A model generated the notes under the pieces. It worked only from the letters and a program-made list of their open reading frames with translations. It did not search any database and had not been told where the DNA came from. From NCBI RefSeq assembly GCF_009914755.1, contig NC_060947.1: a DNA stretch of 64,000 nucleotides. One strand, given 5' to 3'. The DNA comes from the human T2T-CHM13v2.0 reference genome, Homo sapiens. The position numbers and the translations under genes are program-made. This document shows, piece after piece, positions 1 to 14,389 of the stretch (positions within the stretch are counted from its first letter, which is position 1; every line of letters starts with the position of its first letter).

Positions 1-1039
1 TTTACTGTAGGCATAGAACATGAACTTTTCAGTAAGCCAAAAATAGTGAATGGTGATCATTGATGGAGGTGAGGATAAAAGGTTAGAACCAGAATTAAAG
101 TCTCAGCTGAACTCAGAGATACATGCAAAAGTTGGATCAGTACAGCTAGGCAGTCAAGATCTAAGCAATGGTACAGGCATAGCAGAGATCATAAAAGTTC
201 TCAAAAGAACAAGAATTCTTTAAGTTGAATCAACGTCATCCAGAACCATTTTATTTACTTCCCATTTGGGCATGAGCCCATCTCAGTTCAAGTCAGCTCA
301 AGGCCATGGAAAACTAAAGTATGTGTCTTAATCTGCTTTGATTGGGAAGTGTGGAACCACAGGAAAAAAAAATCACACTTGCATTCCAGCAAAAGAGCAT
401 TCTAACAACAATAAGAACAGAATGGTACAAGCAATATGTATGTACAGGATTTACTTGAGGTGTGCCACAATATATTGTAAATTGGAATGCAGAACTGCTT
501 TGTAGACGACTCAATGACTATTGATTTTGATACTGCTGAAATAAGAAGTTATTCATGCGTATAGGTTCTGTCTGATACAATTCACAGCCCAATTGATTAG
601 CCTCCAATAAATCTGAAAAAAAGGAGGATGGCAAGCTCTGCTTTAAATAATGAAGAATCATTACAGCTTATTAAGATATTCTGGCATGAGGACTGAATCT
701 GTCTTAGCATTTCTTCCAGCATAGAAAGTAGGCAATTTGAGAACTAGAATCATGGTAGAAGGGATGAATAGATGACAGTTACTGCCCATGTTGCTCTGCT
801 GGTAATGCCTGGCAAGGTAAACATTCAAGACCTGTCAGTGACTTGGCCTTTCAGTCAGTGAGATGACTATCAACTCTCACTAGTAAAGGTGAGAAGTATT
901 TTATTATTCATAGACACCAAGCAGAGCCTATGTGTTCATGAATCTTTTGGCTTTGCTCTTTTTCTTGTTCTTCTTCCAGCCTCATTTTTGCTCTTCTACA
1001 GCTATCATTGCTCATGCTATTCTTCCTTTCCACTCTAAA

Positions 1040-1300
1040 TACTCTCTCACTGCCTGCCTAACAATTCAAATTTTACTCATCCTTCAAGGCTCAGCACAAG
1101 TCTGACTGTCACATAAAGCACTATTTGGTAATTCCCGTGGACTAGTTATGCTTGTTCTGATCTTCTAGTTTTCTTTTGCAGTAAAATATCAGTCAGCATT
1201 CAGTCATTGTAATTTTGTTTCTTTCATTCAAATTGAAGTTGAATATTGAAACTCACACATATATTTATCTAATGCTTCCACAGTGCCTGGCACCACCATA
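1040..1300 (+). mobile_element. L2 LINE 3' fragment, degraded
   Basis: tactcatccttcaaggctcagc...cagtgcctggcac resembles the L2 3' region. Confidence 0.5.
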
Positions 1301-1344
1301 GCTACACAGCTATACCATATTCACACACCACATTTGTTTCAGAA

Positions 1345-1657
1345 TAGGGTCATTGTAGAATTTATTGTCCAAACCAGGATACTTTTGAGTGTAAAAGAGG
1401 ATGCCCATTAATAATTATCCTGGACTTCCTTTGAAATGCTTCTAAAAATAGGATAAGCTAATAGATGGGTAGAGAGAGGATTAATGAACAGATGTGTGAT
1501 AAAGTGCAGTAATATGCTAATGGCAGATTTTAGGTGGTGGTCGCTGTAAAATCATTTTCACCATTTGTGTATTTTTGAAAGATTTCATGAGAAAATATTG
1601 AAAAAATATAATTATGCTGAGACAACACAGGTAAACTGAAATGTTATGGTCAACCCT
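1345..1657 (+). mobile_element. MER94-like hAT-Blackjack MITE, split by an L1 insertion
   Basis: tagggtcattgtagaatttattgtccaaaccaggatacttttgagtg...ataattat resumes after the insert as gctgagacaacacaggtaaactg...tatggtcaaccct; TAGGGT/ACCCT termini. Confidence 0.7.
1419..1607 (+). mobile_element. L1ME3-like 3' end
   Basis: gatgtgtgataaag...taggtggtgg...tttgaaagatttcatgagaaaatattgaaaaaa; flanked by the direct repeat ataattat (1411-1418, 1608-1615). Confidence 0.65.
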
Positions 1658-1794
1658 TGCTCAGAGCTGCTGTTATTGACCTCAGAGAGAAAAGTATGAG
1701 TAGGTAGACAGAGGAAAAGGAGTGAATAGAAAGCAGTGTAGCTAAGTGGGTGGGTATAGTATAAACTAACACATGAATTTAACACCTAGAATTA

Positions 1795-2128
<334 letters not shown>

Positions 2129-2526
2129 GACAGTTCCATTTGTCTGATACCGAGAATGATGTAGTTTGGTTGATAAGGAGCTTTTGGCCATTCTATTTCA
2201 AATGGGTTCTAAGAGGGAGCAATGATATAACCAAGGGAGGAGAACCAGTGAGTAGGAGTCATTATATGAACCTCCAACCTGGCACTTATGTAGCACCAGA
2301 CCTCTGTGAAGCATGTCTTTGGGAAGCAGACCTTTTGGTTTGTTGATTTCAGTAGCAGTAGTTGGCATATCAGGTGGTAAGCCTAGAAACATTCATTGAA
2401 AAGCCCCAAGAAATGTTGGTTCTCTTATTTGTTAGTTTGCTTTGCATGGCAGATGTGTTTCTGAAAGGAAAATGTGGATTTTATTTATTTTTAAAAAAAC
2501 AGGCTGTATTTTCCTAAGGTCTAACC

Positions 2527-2699
2527 CAGTGGTTCTCAAACTTGGCTTCACATTGTAATCATCTAGATCGTTTTATGACATACTGGTACCTGGGGCCACC
2601 CCCATTGGTTTTGATTTATAATAACTGCGTAAGGAGTGTGGTCTGGGCATCAGGATTTAAAAAATCTCCCCAAGTGATTCTAAAGTTTGAGAACCACTG
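2527..2699. mobile_element. MER5-family hAT-Charlie MITE
   Basis: Perfect 17-bp terminal inverted repeats cagtggttctcaaactt / aagtttgagaaccactg. Confidence 0.9.
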
Positions 2700-5664
2700 A
2701 TTTCACTCTTAAAGATGCTGACATATCTTCTATTTGAAGGAGCTCTTGACCATATGGATTGCTCCCCAGTGAGGCTGAAACTGTTATGGAGAGAACAGGG
2801 TTGAGTCCCTCTTTGTAGGAGAGAAAGGCAAGTAAGAAAGAATCGTGTGAAGTTTTGCTCTGTGGATCAAAATTTAAACTACAGCACTACTTCTACCAAT
2901 TTTCATGTCTTTTGTCTTACCTCCTGCAATCCATAGTCATATATTTAATAATCATTTTATCATGATACTATACCCCTAATTTTTCCATCTTGTATATTTG
3001 GATATTTATTTATTGGATTTTCTCAGATTGAGGTCCACCTGTTGTTTTAGAGCATTATATATCTAATTAGGTCATGTAATGCAAAACACCTGTCACCTGA
3101 CTACTGTCATGACTAATGGTGAAACACTGCTAGATGGGGATGGTGAGGAACATTGTACTATCCTGTTTCACCTGTTTGATGGAGGTGTCTTAGGAAGTGG
3201 GTAAAAGTAGTATTTTACTAGAAACTATCAGCAGGAAGTAGATAGTAAACAGTCTATTTTAGGCACCTACATTTTTTTCCTCCCTCGATCAATAAGACCA
3301 GTCACTACTTACATTATCTGTTGCCTATCTGTAATTGCTTGCAACAGTGACATGAACATCCTTTTTGCAGAGTTCTAGTACATGGTTTCAGGTCATCAGA
3401 ACTTGAGTGGTTTGGTCACTTGTCAGGTAGGAATGTCATTGGGTAGACAATGTATTTGATTTGCTGGTGAGGACACTGATTTTAAAAGTCATTGCTTATT
3501 TAACATAAAATATCAACTGGAGTTGCATTATGATTTTAATCTTTTTGGGATATCAATTATTAGAACACAAAATTGTTGTCTGTTATATTAGTGTCCATTT
3601 TACATTATTTTTAATATGCCCAGAAAACTGTTAGATTTATCTCCTCTATGTACGTTTTCAAAGTAATAACCTGAGCTTTAATGGAATTGGGATTCATATT
3701 TGAGAAAATGAAGTCTGTGATATTATGAAAACCCATTTATTCTATCTACCTTTCCTTTTTGTTTTTCTTTTCTTTTTTTCATAGCTTAGTTTATAATTAT
3801 TGCTCTAAACCTAGTCCGTTATTTATCGGGGAAACTCAACTCTACGTTTGATTGGCCTTGGCTTTATTCAATCTAACTATAATAATTTGATTTTTTTTAT
3901 ATAAAATATTCAATCATGCTTTACCATATGATGAACTTCATTTATACATAAAAGCTACTTGCTGTTCTACCTTTGGAAATTGTTAAAGAATCTCAGTAAG
4001 GGTTTTCTAGCCATCTGCTTCCCTTTGAAACCTTGTGTTAATGTAGATATCTACAGTGGTGACTCTAGGGTTATTAAACTGCAGTGTCCAGTTAAATGCC
4101 GTTGTTCATAATTATCTAGAACTCCAGTCTACATTAAGAAATCACTTCTATTGTTTTGATATCAATGTGTCTTAAAGTGGACTTTCTAGTTTTACTGCAT
4201 GGAGGCATATACCTATCTCACATGCATCTGTCTTTCCAGTGGGGTACCTCTCTTTAAGAGAGCCATTGTAATAAGATTCATACTTACCAAACATAATAGT
4301 TGTGGTGCAACTAATCACATTATTAAAGTCGTCTTCACTTTGTTAGAAATAATTCTCCATGATAGTTCTTTAAATTGGAGTTTCTCTAGTACATTTAAGC
4401 ATCTGTTTATAAATCTGTAATTGACAGAAAATAAAGGAGGTGAGAAAAATAAGCCCAAGTGCTATAAACTACTGCCAACCGGTCCAGAAATTGAAATAAA
4501 TAATCTCTAATACTGTAATATAAATCAATGGGGAAATGATGCAATTTACAAAAACTCAATTTAGACTTGAATTTTGTAAAACACATTTTTTGCCCAGGGT
4601 GATGAATATTTGTATTTGGATTAATGGTATCGTAAATTTTTTTAAACAAAAGACTATGTCTTTTGGTTAACAATTTAACTATTTTATCTAAAGGAAAATG
4701 TGTAGTGAGATATGAAGTGAACCTATTGTCTCTAGCCTCCACATTAATTTGTAATAACATCTATAAATTTTTGTTTGTAATATTTATAAACATTTCACAT
4801 TTTGATGGTAATAAACTTAAAAACATGTCAACCAGAGAGCAAAGAAGCAAAATCAAGAAGAAGTTTGTTGTTGTTGTTGTTTCAGCACTGAGGATCAGTG
4901 AAATGACTTAACATCCATGAAATGATAAGTTATTCAGTTATGAAAGTAACCTCCAAGTACTGCAGTTAGTTAGGAGCATCAATTTTGACATTCAGTGCAA
5001 GAAAAAAGTCACTTTTCTATAATGAAATAATATTGCAGTAAATAGTGAGATTCCTGTAAACCTGTAATTCATGGCACTTTGCACAGCTATCTTGATCTAC
5101 TGAGTGAATTTGTAAGAAACAGTAAGAGATAATTTTCTCATTTTGTGCAGAGTGTTTCCATTCTTTCTATGACTAAATACAGATCTCTGAACTAAATTAT
5201 AAGCACAGAGTAATATTCAGGGTACATGAGGAGAAAAAGCAATTTAGTGACCGTTTTGTCATTAAAAACTGAAGCAAAACTCCCAAGCCTGAAAACCACA
5301 AAATCTGTTTATTGCCAGCATAATCTTGGCAGTGATGAGTTATATTCACGTTATTCAATGAGACAAAAGAAGGGTCAACTACTTTTTCAAAAACATTTTA
5401 CTTGCTTTATAAGCATTTGGAAGGACTTACTCCTGTTTCCTCAGGGCTTTCACTGACCTTATATGTTGGGGTATATTCTGAAAGTGAGTAACTTTGGGAA
5501 GTTTTAGCAGCCTAAAGGAAAGAAAGGGCAAGGCTGGGACAATATTTTCACTGCACTAAAGGTTGAGTGTGTTTGTACACATACAACTGAATTATGTTTC
5601 TCTGGCCAATTGTAAATGGCTCAAGGGTGAGGCTCTCAGTCTTTGATTTATTTGGAATTTCACA

Positions 5665-5716
5665 ATAATACAGGGCTAGCTCATAGTAGGCACTCAGTAA
5701 ATGTTTGTTTAATGAC
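5665..5716 (+). mobile_element. L2 3' terminus
   Basis: catagtaggcactcagtaaatgtttgtttaatga. Confidence 0.65.
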
Positions 5717-7599
5717 ACTGAGAAAATGTGTCACATGGTGTCTGTACAGTGCCAAGTCCATAGAAAGCACTCACAGTTGATTTTTTTAATAGTAAATGAA
5801 GTCATTCAGTTCTTGGATATTTTGGTTGACTGTACATATTCCAAAGGCATGGATTCAGGTTAAGTGCTCACCACTTCAGAAGGTGCAGCTGACATTTTAA
5901 CCCCAAATTGTTAATACTTAACTCTTTCTTACCCCCAAGGGAAGCCCTTTGACCCATGGTGATAGAGCCTTTCCAGAAAGAAGGAAAAACTCCATTTGAT
6001 ATGGCCACAGAATCTGGCAGGAGGATTCACTTTTAGATTTCAAAGACAAGTAGAGAATATGGAAGTAACATGAGTTGAATTTCAAAACAAATCGTGACTT
6101 CAGGTTTAATGCATTTCAACACCAATTCTAGTGTCTCTTCTGAATACAGCTGACCTGCTTGGCATCAGTTTATATACCTGTTATTCTGCTTATATGTTTT
6201 GTAGAAATATAGACTGACAAACTACTGCCGACTTAGAATTCTGCTTGAGACCAGCTCAAGAAGTTAAGCAGTAGCTGGTATGCTTCATTAGAGGATTTAA
6301 TTGGCCTTAAAATGCAATGAGTTGTGTGTGTGTGTGTTTACTCTCTTTACTCCGAGTGCTTCTTTTCAATGTTCTTAAATATACAGTAATATATATTTCA
6401 AAGTTATTATTGCACTTATGTTCCCTCTTTGAGGCCACTTATTTGCTTCAGACCTTTTTTCTGCCTTTTTGATTTTGGTTTCAAACTATTTTTTTTTTTG
6501 CATTTTTATTATCCCTCTACAAAGGTAATTGAAATTGGTTTGGAGAGCCTTTTAAAGACCACTTTTTTCAAGCTCAGAATTTACCTCCCTGTGATTGAAA
6601 ACCACAGTAGAGTAATGGAGGGAAAGTAAACACCTTGGCTTATATAGTAATAATTACCACTGCAAAAATGTAAAAATTATTAATTCAAAAAACTTCAAAT
6701 GCTCTCTGGTCACACAGTGTAAAATTTTAGGACTGCAGGAGAGTTCCTATGGTCATTTGGTACTTCCTGAGCCTTCTGGAAATTTAATAGCCTCTGAGCT
6801 TTTCTTTAGCCTGAGGTGCAAAAGGATCCTGCTGCTTGCTTCATTGGGCTTGAAAATAGTGGGCAGAAAAAAATCTTGTGCAAACACAGTATGCATAGTC
6901 TTTCATATACAGATTACTTTGCAGACTTCCTTTCAGTAGAAAGTGTTAGATAACTTTCAGTGGTTGGATAACTTACACTGAATCAATGGCACCGTCTTGT
7001 TTGCTGTCCCTTTAGACCACATATTTTTAAGATGGGTGACAGGTTCAGAGATACAGGCTAGACTGGAGAGCTAAGTGAAGAAATCCAAGCCTAAGCAGGA
7101 AGCAAGCAGACAGCTTTGGTCTCATTAATGCCTATTTTCAAGCAGAAAACAACCTCACCTAACCAAAGGGAAAGTGCGTGGTTCCTGGGTTAGGGGGTGT
7201 TCTATATTGATAACCAGAATGCAGGATGCTGAATGAGTGAAAGTGTTTGCTGTACACAAAGGGATGGGTGGCTGGGTGGAGATGGTGTCAGGAGGTAGGA
7301 AAGGGTCAGACACTGGTAAATATGGATGGAAAAAATGTGGACTGAATGTATTTTGAACAAATTTGATCATTTTGGGGGGAGAAAATAATAAGGATAACCG
7401 CACTTCAGGAGGGAAGAATATTATGAACTGTGGATTTTGAATGCATTTAAATATTTATGAAAATATTTTCTTTAGACTTTTTTTCAATATTCTGGATAGC
7501 AAAGAAATGTTCTCAAACTTTATTTCATTTATTTTTGCAAATTTCTGCTGGAAGGATTTGGCAATACAGGCAGCACTGTACTAGGCTTCTCAAAACATA

Positions 7600-7850
7600 G
7601 TAGGTTAATTCTCCTGTGTGACTTTCATCAAGTAACTTATCTTTTTGTGTTTTCAACCATGAATGTACTTATTATTCAGGCTAGCTGTGAGATTAAACAG
7701 TATATGCTATTTATTCATTTGTTTAGTCACTTATTCACTCAACAAATATTTATAGAGAGGCTAACGTGTGCCAGACACTTCATAGCACAATTTATTAATT
7801 CAGTGAATGTTTATTAAGCACCTACTCTATACTGTTAGAGCAGTGAATAT
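7600..7850. mobile_element. MIR fragment (+) followed by L2 3' ends (-)
   Basis: tgtgtgactttcatcaagtaactta...gtgagattaaa; attcactcaacaaatattta...tgtgccagacact. Confidence 0.6.
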
Positions 7851-9084
7851 AAATATATTATAGAGGTCTCTCTTTTTCAAATTTCTCATTCTCTCTGTGT
7901 CTTTTAAAACTTTACTTTTGATTTCTTTATCTAGATTTTATTATAATTAATTTAAAAATCTCCTTGAAAGTAGGCAAGTTATCAGTTATATATAAATAAA
8001 TAAGACAATATATGTGGAATCAATTTAAAAAGTGTAAATCAGTGTATATATGTGGAGTGGTGTTACTATTATTTATAGTCACTTATCACCCTTGATGGGG
8101 CAATGATAAACAGCTCATAGAGAAGCATAGAATGACTAGATCCCCACCCCCTCCCATAGAAAGTGGCATAGCAATAGCTGGATGGATCAGAAAGAATGTG
8201 ACAAATAGAAAAAAAAAAGTTTTTCTTCCCTCTAGTCTGTCATTCCATTTTACCAAAGCTGGTGTACTTTGGGATAGTGTGATTGTTAAGCCTCCCTGTG
8301 GGTTGCAAGTATGCTTTTAACTGTGACTATTGATGCTGCTGCTACAGACCCCCTCTGATTTTCCTTTACGTGCTTTATGCTGTGAAGAGGTTTTTTAAAA
8401 AGAAAGATCCATCTCTAGCTCTCTCCCCTTTAATAGGGTAGATCAGATTGGTTTTGTAGGGCTGAGTTTTCACCAGTACTATAGTTGTACTGGAGTCACA
8501 TGCCTGCAGGGAGCCCCTGCTGAATTGTAAATGTGCCAATCCCCAGAGTGTAGCTCAGTGTACCTCTGCAAGCAGTCAGTAGTTTTTCATTAAGCAGTGA
8601 TTTGATTAGATAAAAATAAAAGTTGCTTGAGCATTCATTTTTGCAGCAGTGCATAACAAATTTATGCAAATTCCTGTGTCAGTAATCTGCATTCAAAATA
8701 TAAAAGTGTGATTACCAAGCCATGTGCACCTGTATTGAAGTTTAATCAGGTACAAATATTAATGGAAAGAATAAAGCGTTTAACAAAAGTCACAGCTGTT
8801 CGAGGTTTGTAAAATATTGCAATGAGAGCGTTAGTACATTAATGATAATTTTAGCATTTTCAGATTAAGCAAAATTTTATTTTAAAGGAAATCCCAAATA
8901 AGGCAATTCTTTAGTGGCACTTGGGAAATGCAGAGAAATAAGATTGGGCTAAATGACTCAGCTGTTTAATAGTGAAGGTGTGATCAAACTGTTTGAAATA
9001 TATATTAGAGAACAGGTATTTATTAAGAATTTTAATGTATTCTCAAGGACAACTAGAATGATTCTAGGAAGTAAATGGATATTT

Positions 9085-9140
9085 TACACCTAGCATGGTG
9101 TCTAGCATGTAATAGATGCTCAATATAAATGTTTGTAAAA
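9085..9140 (+). mobile_element. L2 3' terminus
   Basis: cctagcatggtgtctagcatgtaatagatgctcaata. Confidence 0.6.
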
Positions 9141-9270
9141 CTTTTTCCTTCATTCATGCTGATTCATTGCGTAAATCATTTAAGATATTGTAAAAGGAGT
9201 AATGTATCGACTTCCAAGTTTGTAAATGAAAGGCTGTGTTTTATATTTTACAATGGTAAGAAAACAAAAC

Positions 9271-9461
9271 AATAATATTTATTGAATGCTAGGAACTGTG
9301 CCGGACACATTACATACATTCTTTTAGTTCATTCTCTTAACAACTTATATAGTAATAGCTTACTTTTAGAGATGGAGGAACTGAGCCTGAAATAAATCAA
9401 ATCCATGGCCACAAATCATAGCTAGTCTGACTCCAAGGTCCTGGTTTTTCCTCTGTATCAC
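9271..9461 (-). mobile_element. MIR SINE
   Basis: Reverse MIR core ttttagagatggaggaactgagcctga...tctgactccaaggtcc. Confidence 0.75.
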
Positions 9462-10149
9462 AGAATACATATTATCCCATAATTATCTCAGATAATGCAT
9501 GGTTACTTCTAGGAGAGCACTGGTGTAACTTTTGGCTACTTGTATAAAATTCATCTGATAACCTAAGAATCTAAATCAGAACGCCACAAAACTTAAAGCA
9601 TGAATTTCCAAATGTAGCAAAAATACTATGGTGAAGGATTGACCTCTGCAAATGTGATTTTTAAAATAATATTAATTTTTTCTCATCTTTAGAATAGTGA
9701 TCTGAGTGACACTGGACAAGAGAGAGGCTAAATTGTGATTTTCTACGTCTCTGTCTCTTACAATTTGTAGTTGTATGGGATGAGTCAGAACTTTTTTTCT
9801 GAATATTGTTCTTTAAAATTGAACATAATCCCATCTTCATTCATAGCAGGACTAAAAACTAAAAGGTATAATTTAATGCTTCAAGTTTTCCATCCTGTTC
9901 GTTTTTGGGAATGAAAGCCCCATTCCTGTTTATTTTCAGGGGAAGGACAGAGTGAGAAAGGGGGTCATTTCTGGGCTTAAGTCAGATGTGGCTTTCGTGC
10001 CTTGATAGAAATAATTCATTCAATTGGAGAAAAAGTGATAGCCCCAGGATTAAGTTATTCTGTAGGCCATAGTGGTTCACAGAATTTGGAAGACCTATAT
10101 CAATCCTTAGCTCAGAAATACAGTTTTCCAGTCCTTAGATCTAACATTT

Positions 10150-10460
10150 TATCCAGGCATGCAAAGCTCAAATGATCTGGCTTCAATTTACCCCTTCAGG
10201 GATATCTCTGGTTAGTCTTTACAACAAACTGACACTAGCCAGACTAGTGTACTTATCCTTTACTGAAACTTTCCTTCTTTTCTCATGTCTTTTTTCTCCT
10301 TTTCTGTCATGTTTTCCCTCTACTTGTCTCCATTCCTCACTCCACCCAGATATGAATCTTTTCTTTCAAGGTCCAACTCAAATCTCATCTGCTCCATGGA
10401 GACTTTCTTGAAACTTCAGCTCAAAGCAATCTTCCTTTATGTGTATTCCTGTAACATTCT
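10150..10460 (+). mobile_element. L2 fragment
   Basis: atgatctggc...tctttcaaggtccaactcaaatctcatctgctccatggagactttc. Confidence 0.6.
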
Positions 10461-10524
10461 CTGTCTGTTTCATTGCCTATGCCTTTTCCCTTCCTCCTTC
10501 CCTCCTCCCTTCCCTTGCTTGCTT

Positions 10525-10915
10525 TCCTCTTTCCTTCAACAATTACTGAGACAGTGTCTGCCAACCAGAACATATTTGCTTCTGGGAATACAATGGTGCC
10601 TCAGGAAGATACAGGCCCTACTCTTACGGAGGTCACACTTAAATGAAGCAGACAACCACTGATCAAAGAAACAATCAATTGCTTCCTGGAAGTAAAAGAA
10701 TATGGTTCGAGGAGAGTGGATGACAAAGGGGCCATATAGACTAAGAAAACTGACTTAGGGAAGGGGGACAGGAAATGCCTCCTGAGGAAGTAATAATTAA
10801 GCTGTGGTCTAAAGTTTGAGTAGTCGTTAACCAGGCTATGGGGTAGAGCCTGCAAAGAGCATTGGAGGCATGGGAATGGCATATGGAAAGGCCCTGTGGA
10901 AAGAGGATGAGTGTA
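10525..10915 (-). mobile_element. L2 3' fragment
   Basis: ctgggaatacaatggtg...ccctactcttacggaggtcacac...cctcctgaggaagtaataattaagctg...aaaggccctgtgg. Confidence 0.7.
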
Positions 10916-11555
10916 CTTACATGACTCTTTTTTTGTTGTTCATGTTCTCTCTCCTCAAACATACTGTACAATGCTTTTGGATGTGAACGATGTGTTGTAT
11001 TTATTTTTACCAAATTCTTTTGAAAGGACTTTAATTATCATTGAGTGCAAACTTCAGCAGGCCCTGAGAAAAGTTCAGTGGTTTACTGAAGGTCACACAC
11101 ATAGAGACATGGGTCTCCTGTACACCCCCTCCTCATGCCCAGTGTTCTTTCATTGAAATGATTCTTTATAATTTTGTGTAAATTTAGCCAACATACATCT
11201 GGAATAAGTCTCTGCATGTGGAAGATGGTTCATTTACAATTGGTAACTGTGCGGTCATGTATAGAATAGAGGAGAGCAGGAAGGTACAGAATCAAAAGGT
11301 GTTTCATTACATGGAAAGTTTTATAGGACAAAGAGGTACATGTTAGGGAGGAAATTTACATTTGTAAAGGACCATGCTAACTAAGCTTTGGAATGCATAG
11401 GGTAAGGATTCAATCTTTGAAGAAAATCTGTGTGAAATAAGATATGAAAAACATTATGATGATTAGAATTCAGAGAGCCTTGGATTTAATCCTGTTCCAA
11501 ATACATTTCTTGAAACTGAAAGAAAAAAATGATAATAATTTGGTAGTGCTATATT

Positions 11556-12058
11556 TGTGTGACAATTCTAAAATTTGGCCTACAATTTTTTGACATTTCC
11601 AACCACTGACAGGTATGGGCTTATGTCCCTTCCACTTGAATCTAGTTGACCAAATAGAATACAGTGAAAGTGACACTGCCAGTTTCTGAACCTAGGTTTC
11701 AAGAATATGGAAGCTTCCACTTCTTCTTTTAGGAAGCTTGCTCTTACACCCTAGCCAACATGCTGTGAAAAAGCCAAACTTCCCATGGGAAGGCCTATAT
11801 GGGGAACAACAATGGCCTCTTGCCCACAGCCCTGGGTGGGATTCCAGAACCTAATTATATTCAATGTGAATGAACCATCTTCAGAGTAGATCCTATAATC
11901 TTTAGTTGAGCCACCCCAGCTTAGAATTCAGAGAGCAGAGAAAAGCTGTTTCTGCCAAGACTTGCCAAAAATTGCAGATTTGTGAATAAAGTAAATCATT
12001 GTTCTTTGAAGCAACTAAGTTGTGGAGTGGCTTATTCAGCAGTGATTGATAATTAATA
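11556..12058 (+). mobile_element. MLT1F/G-like MaLR solo LTR
   Basis: agaatacagtgaaagtgacactg...catgctgtgaaaaagccaa...aaattgcagatttgtgaataaagtaaat...aagcaactaagttgtggagtgg. Confidence 0.85.
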
Positions 12059-14084
12059 GATTTGGGGAGATCATTCAGATCTGCTGAGCACTGGAAAGTT
12101 AGAAAGATCTCAGTTCTTATATAGGGCCCTTCAATTTTAGAAGGAGAAGGCAAATTGAGGAAATCAAGAACAATCTGATAAATGGAAACAACACCAAAAT
12201 AAATTCATCAATCAGAGGGAGCAATTATGGAGTCCCAGGGAAATATAACAGTAAGGATTTTATTTAGAGTGTGTGGGTAGAAGATATAGAGAAACTAGAT
12301 ACCAATGTTAGGATTCCAGGAGAATAAAGTTAGGAAATGTATGAGAAGGCATAATTTATTTAAGAACTTAGGGAAAATAGGATAGGGCCAAAGACCAGGT
12401 CACCAGCAGAGATATAAGTACTGAGGTCCTTGAATATCTGGCTGCACCTGGTAGTGTCTCTTCCTCAACCTGACTCTGGCTTGAAGTTTAGCCCCTGCAT
12501 GCCTAGCCCATCTGCTTCCCTACAGGGTCTTGACACATACTATGCCAAGCACCTTGGGGGCACTGAGGGTTTCAGTTTATAGTCCATGTATCTAAATTTG
12601 AAAATTAATGAGAAGATGGTGAATAGAGTCAATATATTTCAAAATTGCATGTCAGATATGGAAATAAAGTTTGAACTTGTAGTTTAATTATACATGTAAT
12701 TATCTTTCATTTACATGCAATGTCAATTTTTCCATGACCTACTTATAGGATGAAGATGAACTCATGTAATTTAGAGTTAGAGTTGACCATAAAACAAGTC
12801 TGGAGAAGAATATTCTTAGCTTAGAAAGGGTGGAATATATGTTCCTTTGAGCTTTTGGGTGAAATTGTCATGACTGAAATTATAAATTAGGTAAGAAATT
12901 ATGCCATGTCTGGTACCAAGTAGTTCCTGCCTTTGATGAGCCTATTTATTTCAATGGGTGAATATATGTAATAGATTAAGACAATTGAGAAATGGATAAT
13001 GTATAAATGCGTTACTGTAAACAAAATGGTTTCATGTTTGATGGCTACTTTCATGTTTGATTAAGTTGGGCCTTGGGACATACAACCATTTCATTTCTCA
13101 TAGGTTTAGGAAAGTTTAGTGTTAGCCTGATAGGCAAAATGGCTGACTGACTAGGAAAAAGGCAATGGAAGATATAATTTTTGAGAGTATTTTGGAAGAA
13201 TTGATTCTTCTGAGAACTGGATGATATTTATACTTTTCTGAGGCTTGCTCGCTAGTGCAAGTGCTATTCTAAATGGAGTGCTTTGCAGATTCCAGACATA
13301 TGCCACATTCATGTTGTCTAGATGATGAATGACTTATTGATAGTCCAGGCTTTGTACTATTTGAGATGGTAGTTCTTTTAATAGCCATGATGTCATTGAG
13401 ATAAAACTTAGTGGGATAGATGTTATTAATGGTCACCATTCAGCCTTTTATTTGCAATGAAGCCAAAGGGCAGTTGGAGGGGGATGAGGTCAGCCTGAAT
13501 CACTGATTCCCTTGAAGTCTTCTGTGTGTTCCCATTTTGGGATCCTGTGAAAAAACAGAAGCCAAATTGAACACCACCACATTTTGGATGAGTTTCCATT
13601 TGAGGAGCTCCAAAAACTCCCACAAGTCAGATTCAGAAGAGTTTTCAGGAGATTGCCAAAGACTGTGCAGTATTGCTGGCAGGAATAGAAACAACAAGCA
13701 GATGTTTTAGCAGAGTGGAGCCCATTCTGAGAGACTATTCCCGGGCATTCAATGAAAGAGACTGGAGAGGAGGTTAGTTCAGAACAAAGATGAGAGAGCC
13801 TGACTTGGGCGTGCACTTGCCTAAAAATAGACTTACAAATTTAAGAGTTCCAAAGCCCCTAAAGTAACTTCAGATGGATATAGTTGCTAATTAATCTCTT
13901 GAACTTCACATGAAAACTCCATCTGGCACTGTAATCTTGTGACAACTTGCTATTGTTGTGGTATTGGTTTAATTTGGTTTGGCTTTCTTCTTTTTTGGAA
14001 ACACACTTCTCCCTGTGCTTATCACAGTTTTTAAAAACCCAAATTAAAAAAAAACCCAAATAGTTAAAAATTCATAGCTGCTTT

Positions 14085-14195
14085 CATCACCAGCTGGTTG
14101 CATGACCTTTGATAAGTCGCCAGATTCACTTTCTTCATATATAAGAGGAAGAAAGTAAACTAGATGGTATTTTAGGTCTATTCCAACTCTACAAT
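14085..14195 (+). mobile_element. MIR3-like fragment
   Basis: tgacctttgataagtc...actagatggtattttaggtctattccaactcta. Confidence 0.6.
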
Positions 14196-14389
14196 CAGTT
14201 AATTTATTTGAACACAAGCTACAAGATTATGAGCCCGTAAAACCAATATTTATAAATTTTCTCTTCATTTCTGACCACTGATGAAAATGGGAAGAATATA
14301 GAATTCCTCTACAAATGGCAGATTAATCACTTTAACAGTAAGACAGAGCTCTGAGGGTGAAATTTGCATGTATATCATAACTCAGAGAT

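Noticed and set aside
12150-12560. Possible ancient LTR fragment (similar impression at 30-200 and 30940-31100)
   Set aside because: Could not match to a consensus with confidence
13426-13816. Three overlapping minus-strand ORFs in unique DNA
   Set aside because: No recognisable protein in any frame and no convincing splice-site pair; could be unique regulatory DNA or an unrecognised old repeat
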